64,000 bases of DNA. It comes from Chthonomonadales bacterium. GTDB taxonomy: Bacteria > Armatimonadota > Chthonomonadetes > Chthonomonadales > CAJBBX01. Of this stretch, positions 1 to 10,117 are shown piece by piece. The translations under genes were made by a program, and so were the position numbers. The stretch lies in NCBI GenBank assembly GCA_037443035.1, contig JBBIPC010000008.1:32001-96000 (forward strand). Direction: 5' to 3'. The notes beneath the pieces were generated by a model, which was given only the letters and a program-made list of their open reading frames with translations, did not search any database and was not told the DNA's origin. Each line of letters begins with the position of its first letter. Position 1 is the first letter of the stretch.

Positions 1-748
1 CCAGGAGAACCATATCCGCAGGAATCCGCGTCCCATCCTTCAGTACAACGACCGATGCCAAAGCCTCGCCAGGTTGAACAGGATCTTCGAAGGAAGCGAC
101 GCCGTTGTTCAGGTGCAATGCTACTCCGTTGTCCCGAAGCTCACGGTGGACTAGGGACGCGAGCTCGGGATCGAGAAAGGCGGCAACCTGCGGCAGCGCC
201 TCCACGAGCGTCACGCTGAGATGGCGACGACGAAGCTGCTCGGCCATCTCCAGGCCAATGTAACCGCCTCCGACGACAACCGCGCGACACCGTGGATGCC
301 TGCCAATGTAGTTGTCCACGGCGAGGGTGTCAGGTATGTCCCTCAGGACGAAGTGACCAGGGCGATCGATACCCGGTATCGGTGGTTTCAGAGGAACCGC
401 GCCGGTGGCCAGCACGAGCGCATCGTAAGGTTCTCGGTATTCACTGCCATCCACGAGATTACGGACGACTACCTCGCGAGTGTCGCGCAGGATGTGGATT
501 ACCTCGGAGCGGACGCGGACCTCGATGTCGAAGCGGCTGTGCAACCCTTCCGGCGTCTGAACTAAGAGGTGGCTTCTATCGGGGATCTCCCCGCCCAGAT
601 AGTACGGTAGGCCGCAGTTTGCGAAGGATACGTACGGGCCGCGCTCCAGGACCAGTATGTCCGCGTCTTCTGAAAGCCTGCGGGCTCTAGCGGCCGCGCT
701 AGCTCCGCCGGCCACTCCGCCCACGATGATGATTCTGGGTTTCCTCAC
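1..748 (-). CDS. CoA-disulfide reductase / FAD-dependent pyridine nucleotide-disulfide oxidoreductase (runs off the window start)
   Basis: Not in the ORF track. Manual reverse translation from GTG at 748 gives MRKPRIIIVGGVAGGASAAARARRLSEDADILVLERGPYVSFANCGLPYYLGGEI, with a Rossmann GxxxGG motif and the SFANCGLP redox-Cys motif; GGAG RBS upstream. Confidence 0.9.
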   Translation of the reverse strand, partial: MRKPRIIIVGGVAGGASAAARARRLSEDADILVLERGPYVSFANCGLPYYLGGEIPDRSHLLVQTPEGLHSRFDIEVRVRSEVIHILRDTREVVVRNLVDGSEYREPYDALVLATGAVPLKPPIPGIDRPGHFVLRDIPDTLAVDNYIGRHPRCRAVVVGGGYIGLEMAEQLRRRHLSVTLVEALPQVAAFLDPELASLVHRELRDNGVALHLNNGVASFEDPVQPGEALASVVVLKDGTRIPADMVLL

Positions 749-921
749 AGAGTATCTCCATTCTCTTGCCTCCTTCGATGAGGCTCTGCATAGTATACGC
801 TCCAGCGATGGTGGGGTGGGAATGCAACGCTGCCAGCGAACTTTGGCGTACAGGGAAAGGATAAGAGCCTATCCATGTGAGAGGTACACTGCAACCGCCA
901 CAAACTATCAGGAAGCCCTTC

Positions 922-2853
922 ATGACAGATCTGCTCGACCACATACAGTCTCCTGCCGACCTCAAGAGGCTCACACCAGAGGAGCTGAGAAAGGTAGCTG
1001 CTGAACTCCGAGATGCTCTGGTGCGGAACCTGTCTCAGACAGGCGGCCATTTCGCCTCCAACCTTGGTGCAGTCGATCTGATCGTGGCGCTGCACGCCGT
1101 CTACGACACGCCACGCGACAGGATCATCTTCGACGTGGGCCATCAATGCTACGCTCACAAGATGCTCACAGGACGGCTCAAGGACTTTCCGATGCTGCGG
1201 CAGTACGGCGGTATCAGCGGCTTCCTCAGGCGCGACGAGAGCCCCTATGATGCGTACGGCGCAGGACATGCCAGCACCTCCATCTCTGCGGCGTTCGGTT
1301 TCGCTGTGGCCAGGGACCTTGCAGGAACGGATGAGCACGTGGTGGCGGTCATTGGCGATGCGGGTCTGACAGGCGGTCTGGCATTCGAGGGGCTCAACAA
1401 TGCCGGTCACAGCGGTCGCGATTTCACAGTTGTCCTGAATGACAACGCCATGTCCATTGCACCGAACGTGGGTGCACTGGCAAGATACCTGGCTCGGCTG
1501 CGGACGTCTGGATGGTATCAGCACCTGGAGCGACGCACACAGGAGATGCTGCGGCGCCTGCCAGCTGGTGAGGTTGCTGCTCGGGCCGCCGACGGCTTGT
1601 TCAAACACTCCATCACGAACCTCGTGGCTCCAGAGCAGACCGGCGTCATGTTCGAGCAGATGGGATTCCAGTACATAGGACCTCTGAACGGTCACGACTT
1701 GCCCCTGCTACTCGATGTGTTCCGTCAGGTACGGCAGATGAAGGGGCCAGTCCTCGTACACCTTATCACGGTGAAAGGGAAAGGCTACGAGAAGGCAGAG
1801 GACGACGCCCGGAAGTATCATGCCGTTACGCCGTTCGAGCCTGAGACGGGCGAGGCACACAAGAGATCCTCTGGCCCGACGTACACGTCCATCTTCGGCG
1901 AAACACTCGTGGCGTTGGCGGAGGCCGACCCCCGCATCGTTGGCATTACGGCTGCTATGCCGGACGGCACCGGCATTGCGAAGCTTCAGGACCGGTTCCC
2001 GGATCGAGCGTTCGACACCGGCATCGCCGAGGGACACGCTGTATGCTTCGCAGCGGGGCTTGCAGCGGCGGGCATGCGACCGGTTGTGGCGATCTACTCG
2101 ACGTTCTTGCAGCGTGCCTATGACATGATCCTCCATGACGTCGCGCTCCAGAAGCTGCCCGTGATCTTCGCCATTGACCGGGCGGGTTTGGTGGGAGAGG
2201 ATGGCGGCACGCATCATGGGGCGTTCGATCTCAGCTACCTTCGCGCTGTGCCTGGCATGGTGGTGATGGCTCCTAGCGATGGCTTCGAGCTTGCGGCTAT
2301 GCTTCGATTTGCCGTCGAGCACGTGCGCGGTCCTCATGCGTCGCCCATCGCGGTACGGTACCCGAGAGGCGCAGCTTCGCCGGTGCCCCTAGCTGCGCGG
2401 ACCGTGCCGATCCAACTCGGTCAATCCGAGCTGCTATTGGACGGCGAAGACATCGTCTTCCTTGCAGTTGGGTCTATGGTGGCTCCGGCGCTGGCCGCTG
2501 CCCGCAGTGTCTACGACGAGGGCATCCACGCGGCTGTGGTCAACGTCCGTTTCGTGAAACCCATGGACGAAGATCTCATCACTCGCTTAGCTGCTCGTAC
2601 CGGGCGTGTCATCGTATGCGAAGAGAACAGCATCATCGGGGGATTCGGCGAGGGGGTAGTCGATCTCCTGAACCGAGCAGGGCTGGGCAATGTGGAAGTC
2701 CGGCGTTTCGGCATCCCGGATCGGTTCATCGAGCACGGTTCGCAGGCAACACTGCGCAGCATCTGCCACCTCACTGCTGAGGATTTCGCCGCCGCCGCTA
2801 GGGACATGGTCCGTGCGAGCAGCGTACAAGGTGCCAGAAGCCTTAAGACGTGA
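922..2853 (+). CDS. dxs: 1-deoxy-D-xylulose-5-phosphate synthase
   Basis: Motifs GGHFASNLG, FDVGHQCYAHK, GHASTSIS, GDAG..LNDN, IAEGHAV, YSTFLQRAYD, DRAGLVGEDGGTHHG. Start at ATG 922; alternative GTG 877. Confidence 0.97.
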   Translation: MTDLLDHIQSPADLKRLTPEELRKVAAELRDALVRNLSQTGGHFASNLGAVDLIVALHAVYDTPRDRIIFDVGHQCYAHKMLTGRLKDFPMLRQYGGISGFLRRDESPYDAYGAGHASTSISAAFGFAVARDLAGTDEHVVAVIGDAGLTGGLAFEGLNNAGHSGRDFTVVLNDNAMSIAPNVGALARYLARLRTSGWYQHLERRTQEMLRRLPAGEVAARAADGLFKHSITNLVAPEQTGVMFEQMGFQYIGPLNGHDLPLLLDVFRQVRQMKGPVLVHLITVKGKGYEKAEDDARKYHAVTPFEPETGEAHKRSSGPTYTSIFGETLVALAEADPRIVGITAAMPDGTGIAKLQDRFPDRAFDTGIAEGHAVCFAAGLAAAGMRPVVAIYSTFLQRAYDMILHDVALQKLPVIFAIDRAGLVGEDGGTHHGAFDLSYLRAVPGMVVMAPSDGFELAAMLRFAVEHVRGPHASPIAVRYPRGAASPVPLAARTVPIQLGQSELLLDGEDIVFLAVGSMVAPALAAARSVYDEGIHAAVVNVRFVKPMDEDLITRLAARTGRVIVCEENSIIGGFGEGVVDLLNRAGLGNVEVRRFGIPDRFIEHGSQATLRSICHLTAEDFAAAARDMVRASSVQGARSLKT

Positions 2854-2892
2854 TACCTCTCGGCGGTGGTCAGCAGTGGCGACGCTACACGT

Positions 2893-5800
2893 CTAGCGTT
2901 CGGCCGTGATTGCCAAGACCCGCACGTCGGGTGCGTCACCCAGCGTGATGGCTACTAACGGCTTGGGTTCCTTGATTTCCACTGTGTACCAGAATACCGA
3001 GACGGGAGGTCCTACTCCGTCCGCTGTGCTGGTCCGGGAATACGGCATTGCATGGGCCACTGCTTCGGTGTTGGCTGGAGGGCCGTTCCAGGCGCTCACT
3101 GGGAACGACATGAACTGCTCGGAGCTGTCGGCGAAACGCAGCGTCACTGAGAGGCTCTGACCAGGACGCACTGCTGCAGCCAGGATGTGGACGCGCCGTG
3201 CGAGCTGCGCCTGCTTGGCGGTTGCCACGGGGATCTCCTGACCCCTGCACCGAACTGCGTTGGGGCCGGATGCCGGCAACCAAGCGAAACTGATCTGCCG
3301 GCTTCGAGCCGTGCCTGTGCGTATTTCTGGCATCCAGAGAGTAGCAGGAACCGGAAGGTTCAGCGCGTAGGGCGGGGTTAGCTCGGCTGGATAGGCGTTG
3401 CCGCTGCCATCGAAATCGGGTCGCTTGGCACCGAGGCCACCACTGGCTCCGTGTACGTCGGCTGCGGACTTGAGATCTACGAAGCGAAGCCGTCCGTTCA
3501 CGATCTGTACAAGGCTGACACGCGTTTCGTAGGTTCTGTTGCCCGGCAAGGTAGAGACCCACGTGTCGCCCACGCGGAGGTCCCACACGAGCCAGTAGGT
3601 GCCGTCATGTGGCGGAGCGGTCACTGACGCCCCGACGTCAGCGATCTCCTTTCCTGGCGTTACGTCTACCTTGATCGGGAATACTTCATCTTCCCAGACC
3701 GCTTCCAAGCCATCGAAGTAGTACCAATGGTAACCCACGGCAACCTGATCTCTTAGCCACGTCTGGGGACCGCGGTTGCGAACGCCGATGATCACAGGAA
3801 TCCGGCGCTCCCCGGGGAACCTGCCTGGCGTGTAATCGTTGAAGAACTGGACGCCCATATCGGCTTCTGCCATCTCCACTTCACGCGATGTCGTTGGCAG
3901 GGTCAGAGCGGTATCCGCAGCGAGGTCCACGTCCACTCGCACTAGGTATCGGCCGAAGGTGTCTCCGGAGAAGCGGAACGGACTACCGTCGGGCCGCGCG
4001 AAGGTCGTTGGGATGGTCAGGTCAACTTCGGATCCTGGCAAGACGTCTGACGGGATACGAACCGAGGCGTCGGCCATTTCCAACACGACTGGCTCTCCGT
4101 GGTCGTCGGGCTGTTCGAGCAGGCGTATGCGCACGGCCGTCGTTTCGCGTGGCCAAGGAGCCGGACCATCATTGCGCAGCGTTACGGCTACAGGGTAGGT
4201 GGACTGAGCCTCCACCACGCGTGTCAGAGACGAATCGACGAGCGTGGCGGCGGGGAGCAGGTCGTCGGCTGAGACGATGCGCGTAGCGAGCACGCCGAGG
4301 GCCGCACGCGTCAGCGGGGATGGTGCCAGTGGCTTGCCCTTGCGATCCAGGCGCACAATAGCGATCGTCAGCTCGTGCACCCCTTCCTGGCGCGGCAGGC
4401 TCACATTCAAGACGACCTGGGTCCTGGCGCCGGGTTCTGTGACTGCCGCCACCGGCGCTGGAGACGAAATGGCCGTGTTGCCTGCGAAAGCCACGAAGGC
4501 AGTATCCTCGGGTGACCAGGCGGACGTGCCCTGATTGCGCGCCGAAACGCGGAGCGTCACGGTTCCTCCGGCCGGACACGTAGGAGGAAGGTTCACGCTG
4601 AGGATAGAGCCCCCGAACGGACCCTTGGCGCTGAATCGCAGAGAGAATGCGCGTGTGATGTCAGTATACTCCAGCCCGAACTCGACGGTCGGCGCTATCT
4701 CCGTACCAGCCACATGGTCATTCCAACTCTCGATGAACACCCAGTCAGGGGGCTGGCTGAGCAGACGCCGCCACGCCACACGGTAGTCCTCGGAAGATCT
4801 CCTGGCGAGGGGATGTGCGTTCTGGGCGCGCCCGATGGCCCCTGCATAGATCGAGCCAATGGTGGCTATGCCACGTTCGGAGGTGGCAAAGCCTGTATCC
4901 GTCGCAGAGGGCACAAGCCCGTCGGCGCCCGGAATCTCCTTGCCTGCCGATAGGAGGACGATATCCCTTCTCAGATCCGCGCGCAGCCGGGCTCTGAGCT
5001 CGTCCATCAGCGCCTGTCCGCCTTCTGGGGACAAGCCGCTCAGCACGACAACAGAGGCAGCCCCAACGCCGTTCTGGCCAGCGAGTGGAAGCTGTGCGAT
5101 GTACTGCTCTGGTATGCACTCATGGAACTGCCGTACGGCTCTCTCGAGGCGAGCAGCTAGGTCAGCGGCCTCCTTCATTGCAGATGTGTCCAGCCAAAGG
5201 CACACGGACGGGTAGTCCATGCCGGAAGCTGCCATGCCCTGAAGTGCGGCTGCAATGGCGGTCGCCGCCAACCTGCCTTCCCGATCGGGCCGGAAGGTGA
5301 CGGCGGCGACACCTACGCCAGCCTCGCGCATGCGGGTGAACTGGATGCGATGCCAGTCCGGACGATCGTAGGTGAACCACGGACCGGTTCCGTCCATGGG
5401 ATGTGTGGCCAGTAGTGTCTGCCCGGATGCGTCGGCCACTGCCCGTAGTGGCAAGGCCTTTCGCGTGTCGCACTGATAATCCACCCTGTAGCGAGCGAAG
5501 ACGAGTCGAGGCCATTGCTGCTGCGCCAGTGCATGCTCGCGTGGCGGTGTAGGCTGTCTGACAATGCGACTCGGCATGGTGCCAGCCTTCAGGACCACAG
5601 GCGCCCGAAATCGCGCCGCGGCCGCGGTCCCCATGCCGATGCGCGCACCGCCACCGCTATCCGCGAAGCTGAATGCTGTGACCCGGGACCACTCTCCCTC
5701 GGCAATTGCACCGTCTATGACAGGACGTACATTGTAGACACGAGCACAGACGATGCCACCCGGTACACCGGCGATGGACGCCACGGGAGCGTCGGCAAAG

Positions 5801-6456
5801 ACCATCCGCCCCCAAAAGTGCGCATTCTGCACGTCGTCGCGCGTCTTCACGTCCGGTGACAGACTTGCCAACGGCGCTTCACCTTCCACGGTGTTGAGCA
5901 CCACAACGTTGAAACGCATGACTTCGCCGGGCTTGGGAGGGCCACTCAGTTCCGTCCACGGAATCGCCATCTCCACCGTGAACCCGTTATTCGTATCCGG
6001 AGGGCCATTCAGCGCGCCCCGCGGCCGGAGGCGGTACTTGAATAGAAGTCTCGTGCCGTCGGGCCCGACGCGGAAATCGTCTACGCCGCTGAGAGGTACG
6101 CGACCCTTCCCGCGATAGAGTTGCGCGCCGCCGGCTACACTGACGGCCATCTCCACGCGTGTGTCCGATTCGTCGGGTGATGTGCTGTCGGATCCCGCGG
6201 CAAGGAAAACTGCGATGCAGTCGTCCTGGTACGGATCGTGGAACGGTGCCGACACCGTGCCGCGCAGGACTGCCTTCTCGACATCCGCCGCTACGTAGAA
6301 GTAATCGGCATCGAAAGCTGTGCGGGCGTGCACACGAATGGCCGCACCAGCTCCGCTGCACGCTGTGACGATGCATGTGGCCATGATCCACGCCAGCGAG
6401 TGTCTGGCCAAGAGTACACGGGTGCGGCGCATCAGCAGGGAATAGAGCTGTGTCAT
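2893..6456 (-). CDS. large secreted multidomain protein: CBM9/DOMON-like domain, GH99/GH71-like barrel, three NBR1-Ig-like domains, C-terminal beta domain
   Basis: Signal-like N-terminus; AFDADYFYVAA and VEMAIPWTEL (CBM9-like); WHRIQFTRMREAGV and FIESWND..GTEIAP (GH99-like); repeated motif in RNQGTSAW, RNDGPAPW, RNRGPQTW. ATG 6456 has a GAGAGG RBS. Confidence 0.65.
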   Translation of the reverse strand: MTQLYSLLMRRTRVLLARHSLAWIMATCIVTACSGAGAAIRVHARTAFDADYFYVAADVEKAVLRGTVSAPFHDPYQDDCIAVFLAAGSDSTSPDESDTRVEMAVSVAGGAQLYRGKGRVPLSGVDDFRVGPDGTRLLFKYRLRPRGALNGPPDTNNGFTVEMAIPWTELSGPPKPGEVMRFNVVVLNTVEGEAPLASLSPDVKTRDDVQNAHFWGRMVFADAPVASIAGVPGGIVCARVYNVRPVIDGAIAEGEWSRVTAFSFADSGGGARIGMGTAAAARFRAPVVLKAGTMPSRIVRQPTPPREHALAQQQWPRLVFARYRVDYQCDTRKALPLRAVADASGQTLLATHPMDGTGPWFTYDRPDWHRIQFTRMREAGVGVAAVTFRPDREGRLAATAIAAALQGMAASGMDYPSVCLWLDTSAMKEAADLAARLERAVRQFHECIPEQYIAQLPLAGQNGVGAASVVVLSGLSPEGGQALMDELRARLRADLRRDIVLLSAGKEIPGADGLVPSATDTGFATSERGIATIGSIYAGAIGRAQNAHPLARRSSEDYRVAWRRLLSQPPDWVFIESWNDHVAGTEIAPTVEFGLEYTDITRAFSLRFSAKGPFGGSILSVNLPPTCPAGGTVTLRVSARNQGTSAWSPEDTAFVAFAGNTAISSPAPVAAVTEPGARTQVVLNVSLPRQEGVHELTIAIVRLDRKGKPLAPSPLTRAALGVLATRIVSADDLLPAATLVDSSLTRVVEAQSTYPVAVTLRNDGPAPWPRETTAVRIRLLEQPDDHGEPVVLEMADASVRIPSDVLPGSEVDLTIPTTFARPDGSPFRFSGDTFGRYLVRVDVDLAADTALTLPTTSREVEMAEADMGVQFFNDYTPGRFPGERRIPVIIGVRNRGPQTWLRDQVAVGYHWYYFDGLEAVWEDEVFPIKVDVTPGKEIADVGASVTAPPHDGTYWLVWDLRVGDTWVSTLPGNRTYETRVSLVQIVNGRLRFVDLKSAADVHGASGGLGAKRPDFDGSGNAYPAELTPPYALNLPVPATLWMPEIRTGTARSRQISFAWLPASGPNAVRCRGQEIPVATAKQAQLARRVHILAAAVRPGQSLSVTLRFADSSEQFMSFPVSAWNGPPANTEAVAHAMPYSRTSTADGVGPPVSVFWYTVEIKEPKPLVAITLGDAPDVRVLAITAER

Positions 6457-6604
6457 GGCATACCTCTCACCAACGCCCGGGCAGACGGAGGCTGCACGAG
6501 CCCGACGGCTACGGCGGATTATGGCACACGACAGGCGAGGCCTGACGTACCGATCCTCATGCCCCCGTACTCCGATCAGGCCAGCCACGCCCTGGGACCG
6601 TTCC

Positions 6605-6634
6605 TTGACGCCCTCCAGAGGGGACGTCTATAAT
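6605..6634 (+). promoter_or_regulatory. sigma-70 promoter upstream of the phnD-like gene
   Basis: TTGACG-N18-TATAAT. Confidence 0.7.
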
Positions 6635-6687
6635 CCGCCGAGAGCGCCACGAACGAGGTGCGCTCATGGTCTTGAGGGGGTGCAGAG

Positions 6688-7608
6688 TTGAGGCGACTTG
6701 GCAAGGCGATCATTGTCCTCATGGTGGCGGGCAGTCTTGGCGGTTGTGCGAAGCCGCGCACGACGACGTCCGATGGCCGCGGACCAGCGCTGCGGCCTCT
6801 AGGTGAAGTCCTGACGCTAACGGTGGTGCCCTACGAAGCGGCTGAACGCCTCCAAGACGAATACACGCCAATGGCCGAGTTTCTTGCCCGAGAGGCAGGC
6901 TGCAAGCAAGGCCGGTTCATCTCGGTCGTGGATTACGCGGGCGTGCTGGCGGCACTGGAGACTGGTGGAGTGGACGTAGCGTACCTCTCACCGTTCCCCT
7001 ATGCCTTGGCCACAAGCCGCATGCGGCTCAAGCCTCAGCCCCTGGCCATGCCGTGGGTGCAGGGCAGCCTGACCTACCGTGGCATCATCTTCGTTCGCGC
7101 CGACAGCCCCATACGCAACCTGGAAGATCTCCGCAACCGGACTTTCGCGTTTGGCGACGTCTCGTCCACCACTGGATATCTGCTGCCTCGCGCCATGTTG
7201 GAGTCGAAGGGGATCTTCGCGACTCTCAAATGGCGCAACGCCGGGAACGCGAATATGGTGGTGAAAGCCGTGGAGAACCGGGCTGCGGATGCTGGAGCTG
7301 CCTACGAGAGCGTGTTCCAGGTCGCCTATCGTACAGAGCCACAGAAAGCCAAGCTCATGCGCGTCATCGCCCATACAGTCGCGATCCCGAACGGCATCTA
7401 CGTGGCCCGTGGGGATATGCCCCCGGATACGATCGAGAAGTTGCGCCAAGCGTTCCTCAAGATGAATACGGATCCCGTAGGTCGTCAGGCCATGCTGAAA
7501 GCACCTAACGACAGGATTGTGCCGCCGGACGACCACCTCTTTGACCCAGTGAGGGAAACGGCCCGGGTGCTGAACCTCGACCTGGAAGCCCTGGAGAAGA
7601 AGGGCTGA
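6688..7608 (+). CDS. phnD: phosphate/phosphite/phosphonate ABC transporter substrate-binding lipoprotein (PhnD family)
   Basis: Lipobox LGGC; DYAGVLAAL..VDVAYLSPFPY; FAFGDVSSTTGYLLP; adjacent to a PhnC-like ATPase. Confidence 0.8.
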   Translation: MRRLGKAIIVLMVAGSLGGCAKPRTTTSDGRGPALRPLGEVLTLTVVPYEAAERLQDEYTPMAEFLAREAGCKQGRFISVVDYAGVLAALETGGVDVAYLSPFPYALATSRMRLKPQPLAMPWVQGSLTYRGIIFVRADSPIRNLEDLRNRTFAFGDVSSTTGYLLPRAMLESKGIFATLKWRNAGNANMVVKAVENRAADAGAAYESVFQVAYRTEPQKAKLMRVIAHTVAIPNGIYVARGDMPPDTIEKLRQAFLKMNTDPVGRQAMLKAPNDRIVPPDDHLFDPVRETARVLNLDLEALEKKG

Positions 7609-7658
7609 TGCTAAAGGACGCGGCTTGGACGAGCGTTGCGGAGCACAGGTAAGGTGGC

Positions 7659-8435
7659 ATGACGAGCTTCGGACCGGTAGTGGAGCTTCGGAACGTCAGC
7701 CATGCATTCACCGGTGAAGCGTGGGTGCTGCGCGATGTCAGCCTTAGTGTGGTTCAGGGCCAACGCCTTGCCATTGTCGGACCTTCAGGAGCGGGGAAGA
7801 GCACATTGCTCCGAACGATGAATGGGCTGGTCGTGCCAGTATCGGGCGAGGTGTGGGTTCTGGGACAGCGCATCAGTGATACGGCGGAATCGACGCGACG
7901 TGACTTGCGTCGGCAGATTGGCATGGTATTCCAGGAGTTCGCGCTTGTGGAGAGGTTGACGGTGCTGCTGAATGTGCTTATCGGGCGCCTGGGCTACGTG
8001 ACCGTCGCGCGAAGCCTCATGCGGTCGTTTCCAGAGGAAGATATCGCCCGGGCCAGAGCCGCGCTGGCGGAAGTTGGGCTGAGTGGTCTGGAGGACAGGC
8101 AGGTGCGCCATCTGTCCGGCGGTCAGAAGCAACGTGTGGGCATAGCCCGAGCTATTGTCCAGGAGCCGCGACTGATACTGGCGGACGAACCGACGGCGAA
8201 CCTCGACGTGCGTACTGCAGATGAGGTCCTCCGTCTGCTTCTAGAAGTGGGCGAACGACACAGCACGACCTTGATCCTGAATCTTCATGACGTGCGCGCT
8301 GCCCGGAAGCATTGCGACTGCATAATCGGCCTGAGAGACGGGCGCATTGTATGGAGCGGGCGTGCCACGGACTTCGGTGAGGTCGAGGTGGAGCAGGTGT
8401 TCTATGCATCATCGCCCGGTCCGCTGAGCGTATAG
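7659..8435 (+). CDS. phnC: phosphonate ABC transporter ATP-binding protein (PhnC-like)
   Basis: Walker A GPSGAGKS; IGMVFQEFALVERLTVLLNVLIGRLG (PhnC-typical); LSGGQKQRV; ILADEP. Confidence 0.8.
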   Translation: MTSFGPVVELRNVSHAFTGEAWVLRDVSLSVVQGQRLAIVGPSGAGKSTLLRTMNGLVVPVSGEVWVLGQRISDTAESTRRDLRRQIGMVFQEFALVERLTVLLNVLIGRLGYVTVARSLMRSFPEEDIARARAALAEVGLSGLEDRQVRHLSGGQKQRVGIARAIVQEPRLILADEPTANLDVRTADEVLRLLLEVGERHSTTLILNLHDVRAARKHCDCIIGLRDGRIVWSGRATDFGEVEVEQVFYASSPGPLSV

Positions 8436-8470
8436 GTTACAGACGAGCAAGGGAGGCGAGAGTCTAGGCA

Positions 8471-10117
8471 ATGGGCGTACGAACGAGGGCCGACCAGGAG
8501 CTAGAAACGCTCATCCGAGCGCGCTATCCCATCGTCTATGTCGTTTCATGGGAAGAGGATCGGGTGGAGGATGCGTTGCGGGCCATCGCCGCAGAACGCA
8601 ACAAGACGCTGCATGTGTGGACCATCACGCGGGGCTTCGGAGCTGGCACGGACAGACGTGACCCGGCGACGCGCGACCCTCTGGCGGCGCTCGAGTACGT
8701 GGCGTCGGCAGCCGACCAGGCGGTCTTCTTGCTGAAGGACTTCCACGCGTATATCAGCGACGCCAGCGTTACTCGTAGGCTGAGGGATCTGACTCCCATA
8801 CTCAAGAACAGCTACAAGAGCCTGGTGATCCTCGCACCAGCATTGAAGCTGCCTGCTGACCTGGAGAAAGAGGTCACCGTTCTCGACTACGCTCTGCCGA
8901 CCTACGAGGAGCTCGCGCGTCTTCTCGACGACATCGTGCTTACCGTCAAGGACACGCCAGGAGTCCACACCGACCTGACGCCAGAACAACGAGAGCAGGT
9001 GCTCAAGGCAGCACAGGGACTGACTGCCATGGAGGCCGAGAACGTCTTCGCCAAGTCCCTGGTCCTGACACGTACCTTCGATGTCGATGTGGTTCTGTCG
9101 GAGAAAGAACAAATCATCCGCAAGTCAGGCATCCTCGAGTACTACCCTGCGTCGGAAGCATTCAGCTCGGTTGGCGGTCTGGATCTGCTGAAGGACTGGA
9201 TGGAGAAGAGGACGTCGTCCTTTACCGACAAGGCTCGGACCTTCGGGCTACCCGAGCCGCGTGGGGTCCTCCTCATCGGCGTTCAAGGCTGCGGAAAGAG
9301 CCTTAGCGCCAAGGCGGTGGGAGCTCAGTGGCGCCTGCCCCTCCTTCGCCTCGATATCGGCAAAGTCTTCGCGGGCCTGGTCGGTGCATCGGAAGAAAAC
9401 ATGCGGAAGGCATTGCGGGTGGCCGAATCGGTCGCTCCGTGCGTTCTCTGGCTGGACGAGTTGGAGAAAGGGCTATCAGGACTGCAAAGCTCAGGGGCGT
9501 CTGACGGCGGCACAACCGCTCGAGTCTTCAGCACCTTCCTGACATGGCTGCAGGAGAAAACAGTGCCGGTCTTTGTGGTGTCGACGGCCAACCAAGTGGA
9601 GGCCCTGCCGCCAGAACTTCTTCGCAAGGGAAGGTTCGACGAGATTTTCTTCATTGATCTGCCTTCCCGCGAAGAGCGCGAGGAGATCTTCCGCATCCAT
9701 CTTCGCAAGCGAAAGCGGGATCCGTCGGAGTTCGACCTGGACCTCCTCTCGAGCGTCACGCCCGGATTCTCGGGGGCGGAGATCGAGCAGGTGGTCATCG
9801 AGGGACTGTATGAAGCCTTCGACTTAGGTGCGGAGCTCACCACCGACCACATTCTGAAGGCGGTCAGGGCCACGGTACCACTGTCCATGACCATGCGTGA
9901 GAAGATTGCGTACCTCAGGGACTGGGCTTCCACCCGCGCGCGACCAGCGTCCAGCGCGATCGCTGAGTCGTTCGAAGTACAGGCGGCCGTGTACATGAAG
10001 CTTCGCGGTACAGCGGGACAGGCTCGTGGCGCTCACGTGGATGCTGAGCCGACGGTTGTCGCCACGGAGCACCAGCCCACTCGGATTCGGCGCAGACGCA
10101 AGGGAAACGCGGCATGA
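8471..10117 (+). CDS. AAA+ ATPase, Ycf46-like
   Basis: LIRARYPIVYV..EEDR N-terminus; FLLKDFH; Walker A GVQGCGKS; Walker B LWLDELEK; PPELLRKGRFDEIFFIDLP. Confidence 0.88.
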   Translation: MGVRTRADQELETLIRARYPIVYVVSWEEDRVEDALRAIAAERNKTLHVWTITRGFGAGTDRRDPATRDPLAALEYVASAADQAVFLLKDFHAYISDASVTRRLRDLTPILKNSYKSLVILAPALKLPADLEKEVTVLDYALPTYEELARLLDDIVLTVKDTPGVHTDLTPEQREQVLKAAQGLTAMEAENVFAKSLVLTRTFDVDVVLSEKEQIIRKSGILEYYPASEAFSSVGGLDLLKDWMEKRTSSFTDKARTFGLPEPRGVLLIGVQGCGKSLSAKAVGAQWRLPLLRLDIGKVFAGLVGASEENMRKALRVAESVAPCVLWLDELEKGLSGLQSSGASDGGTTARVFSTFLTWLQEKTVPVFVVSTANQVEALPPELLRKGRFDEIFFIDLPSREEREEIFRIHLRKRKRDPSEFDLDLLSSVTPGFSGAEIEQVVIEGLYEAFDLGAELTTDHILKAVRATVPLSMTMREKIAYLRDWASTRARPASSAIAESFEVQAAVYMKLRGTAGQARGAHVDAEPTVVATEHQPTRIRRRRKGNAA

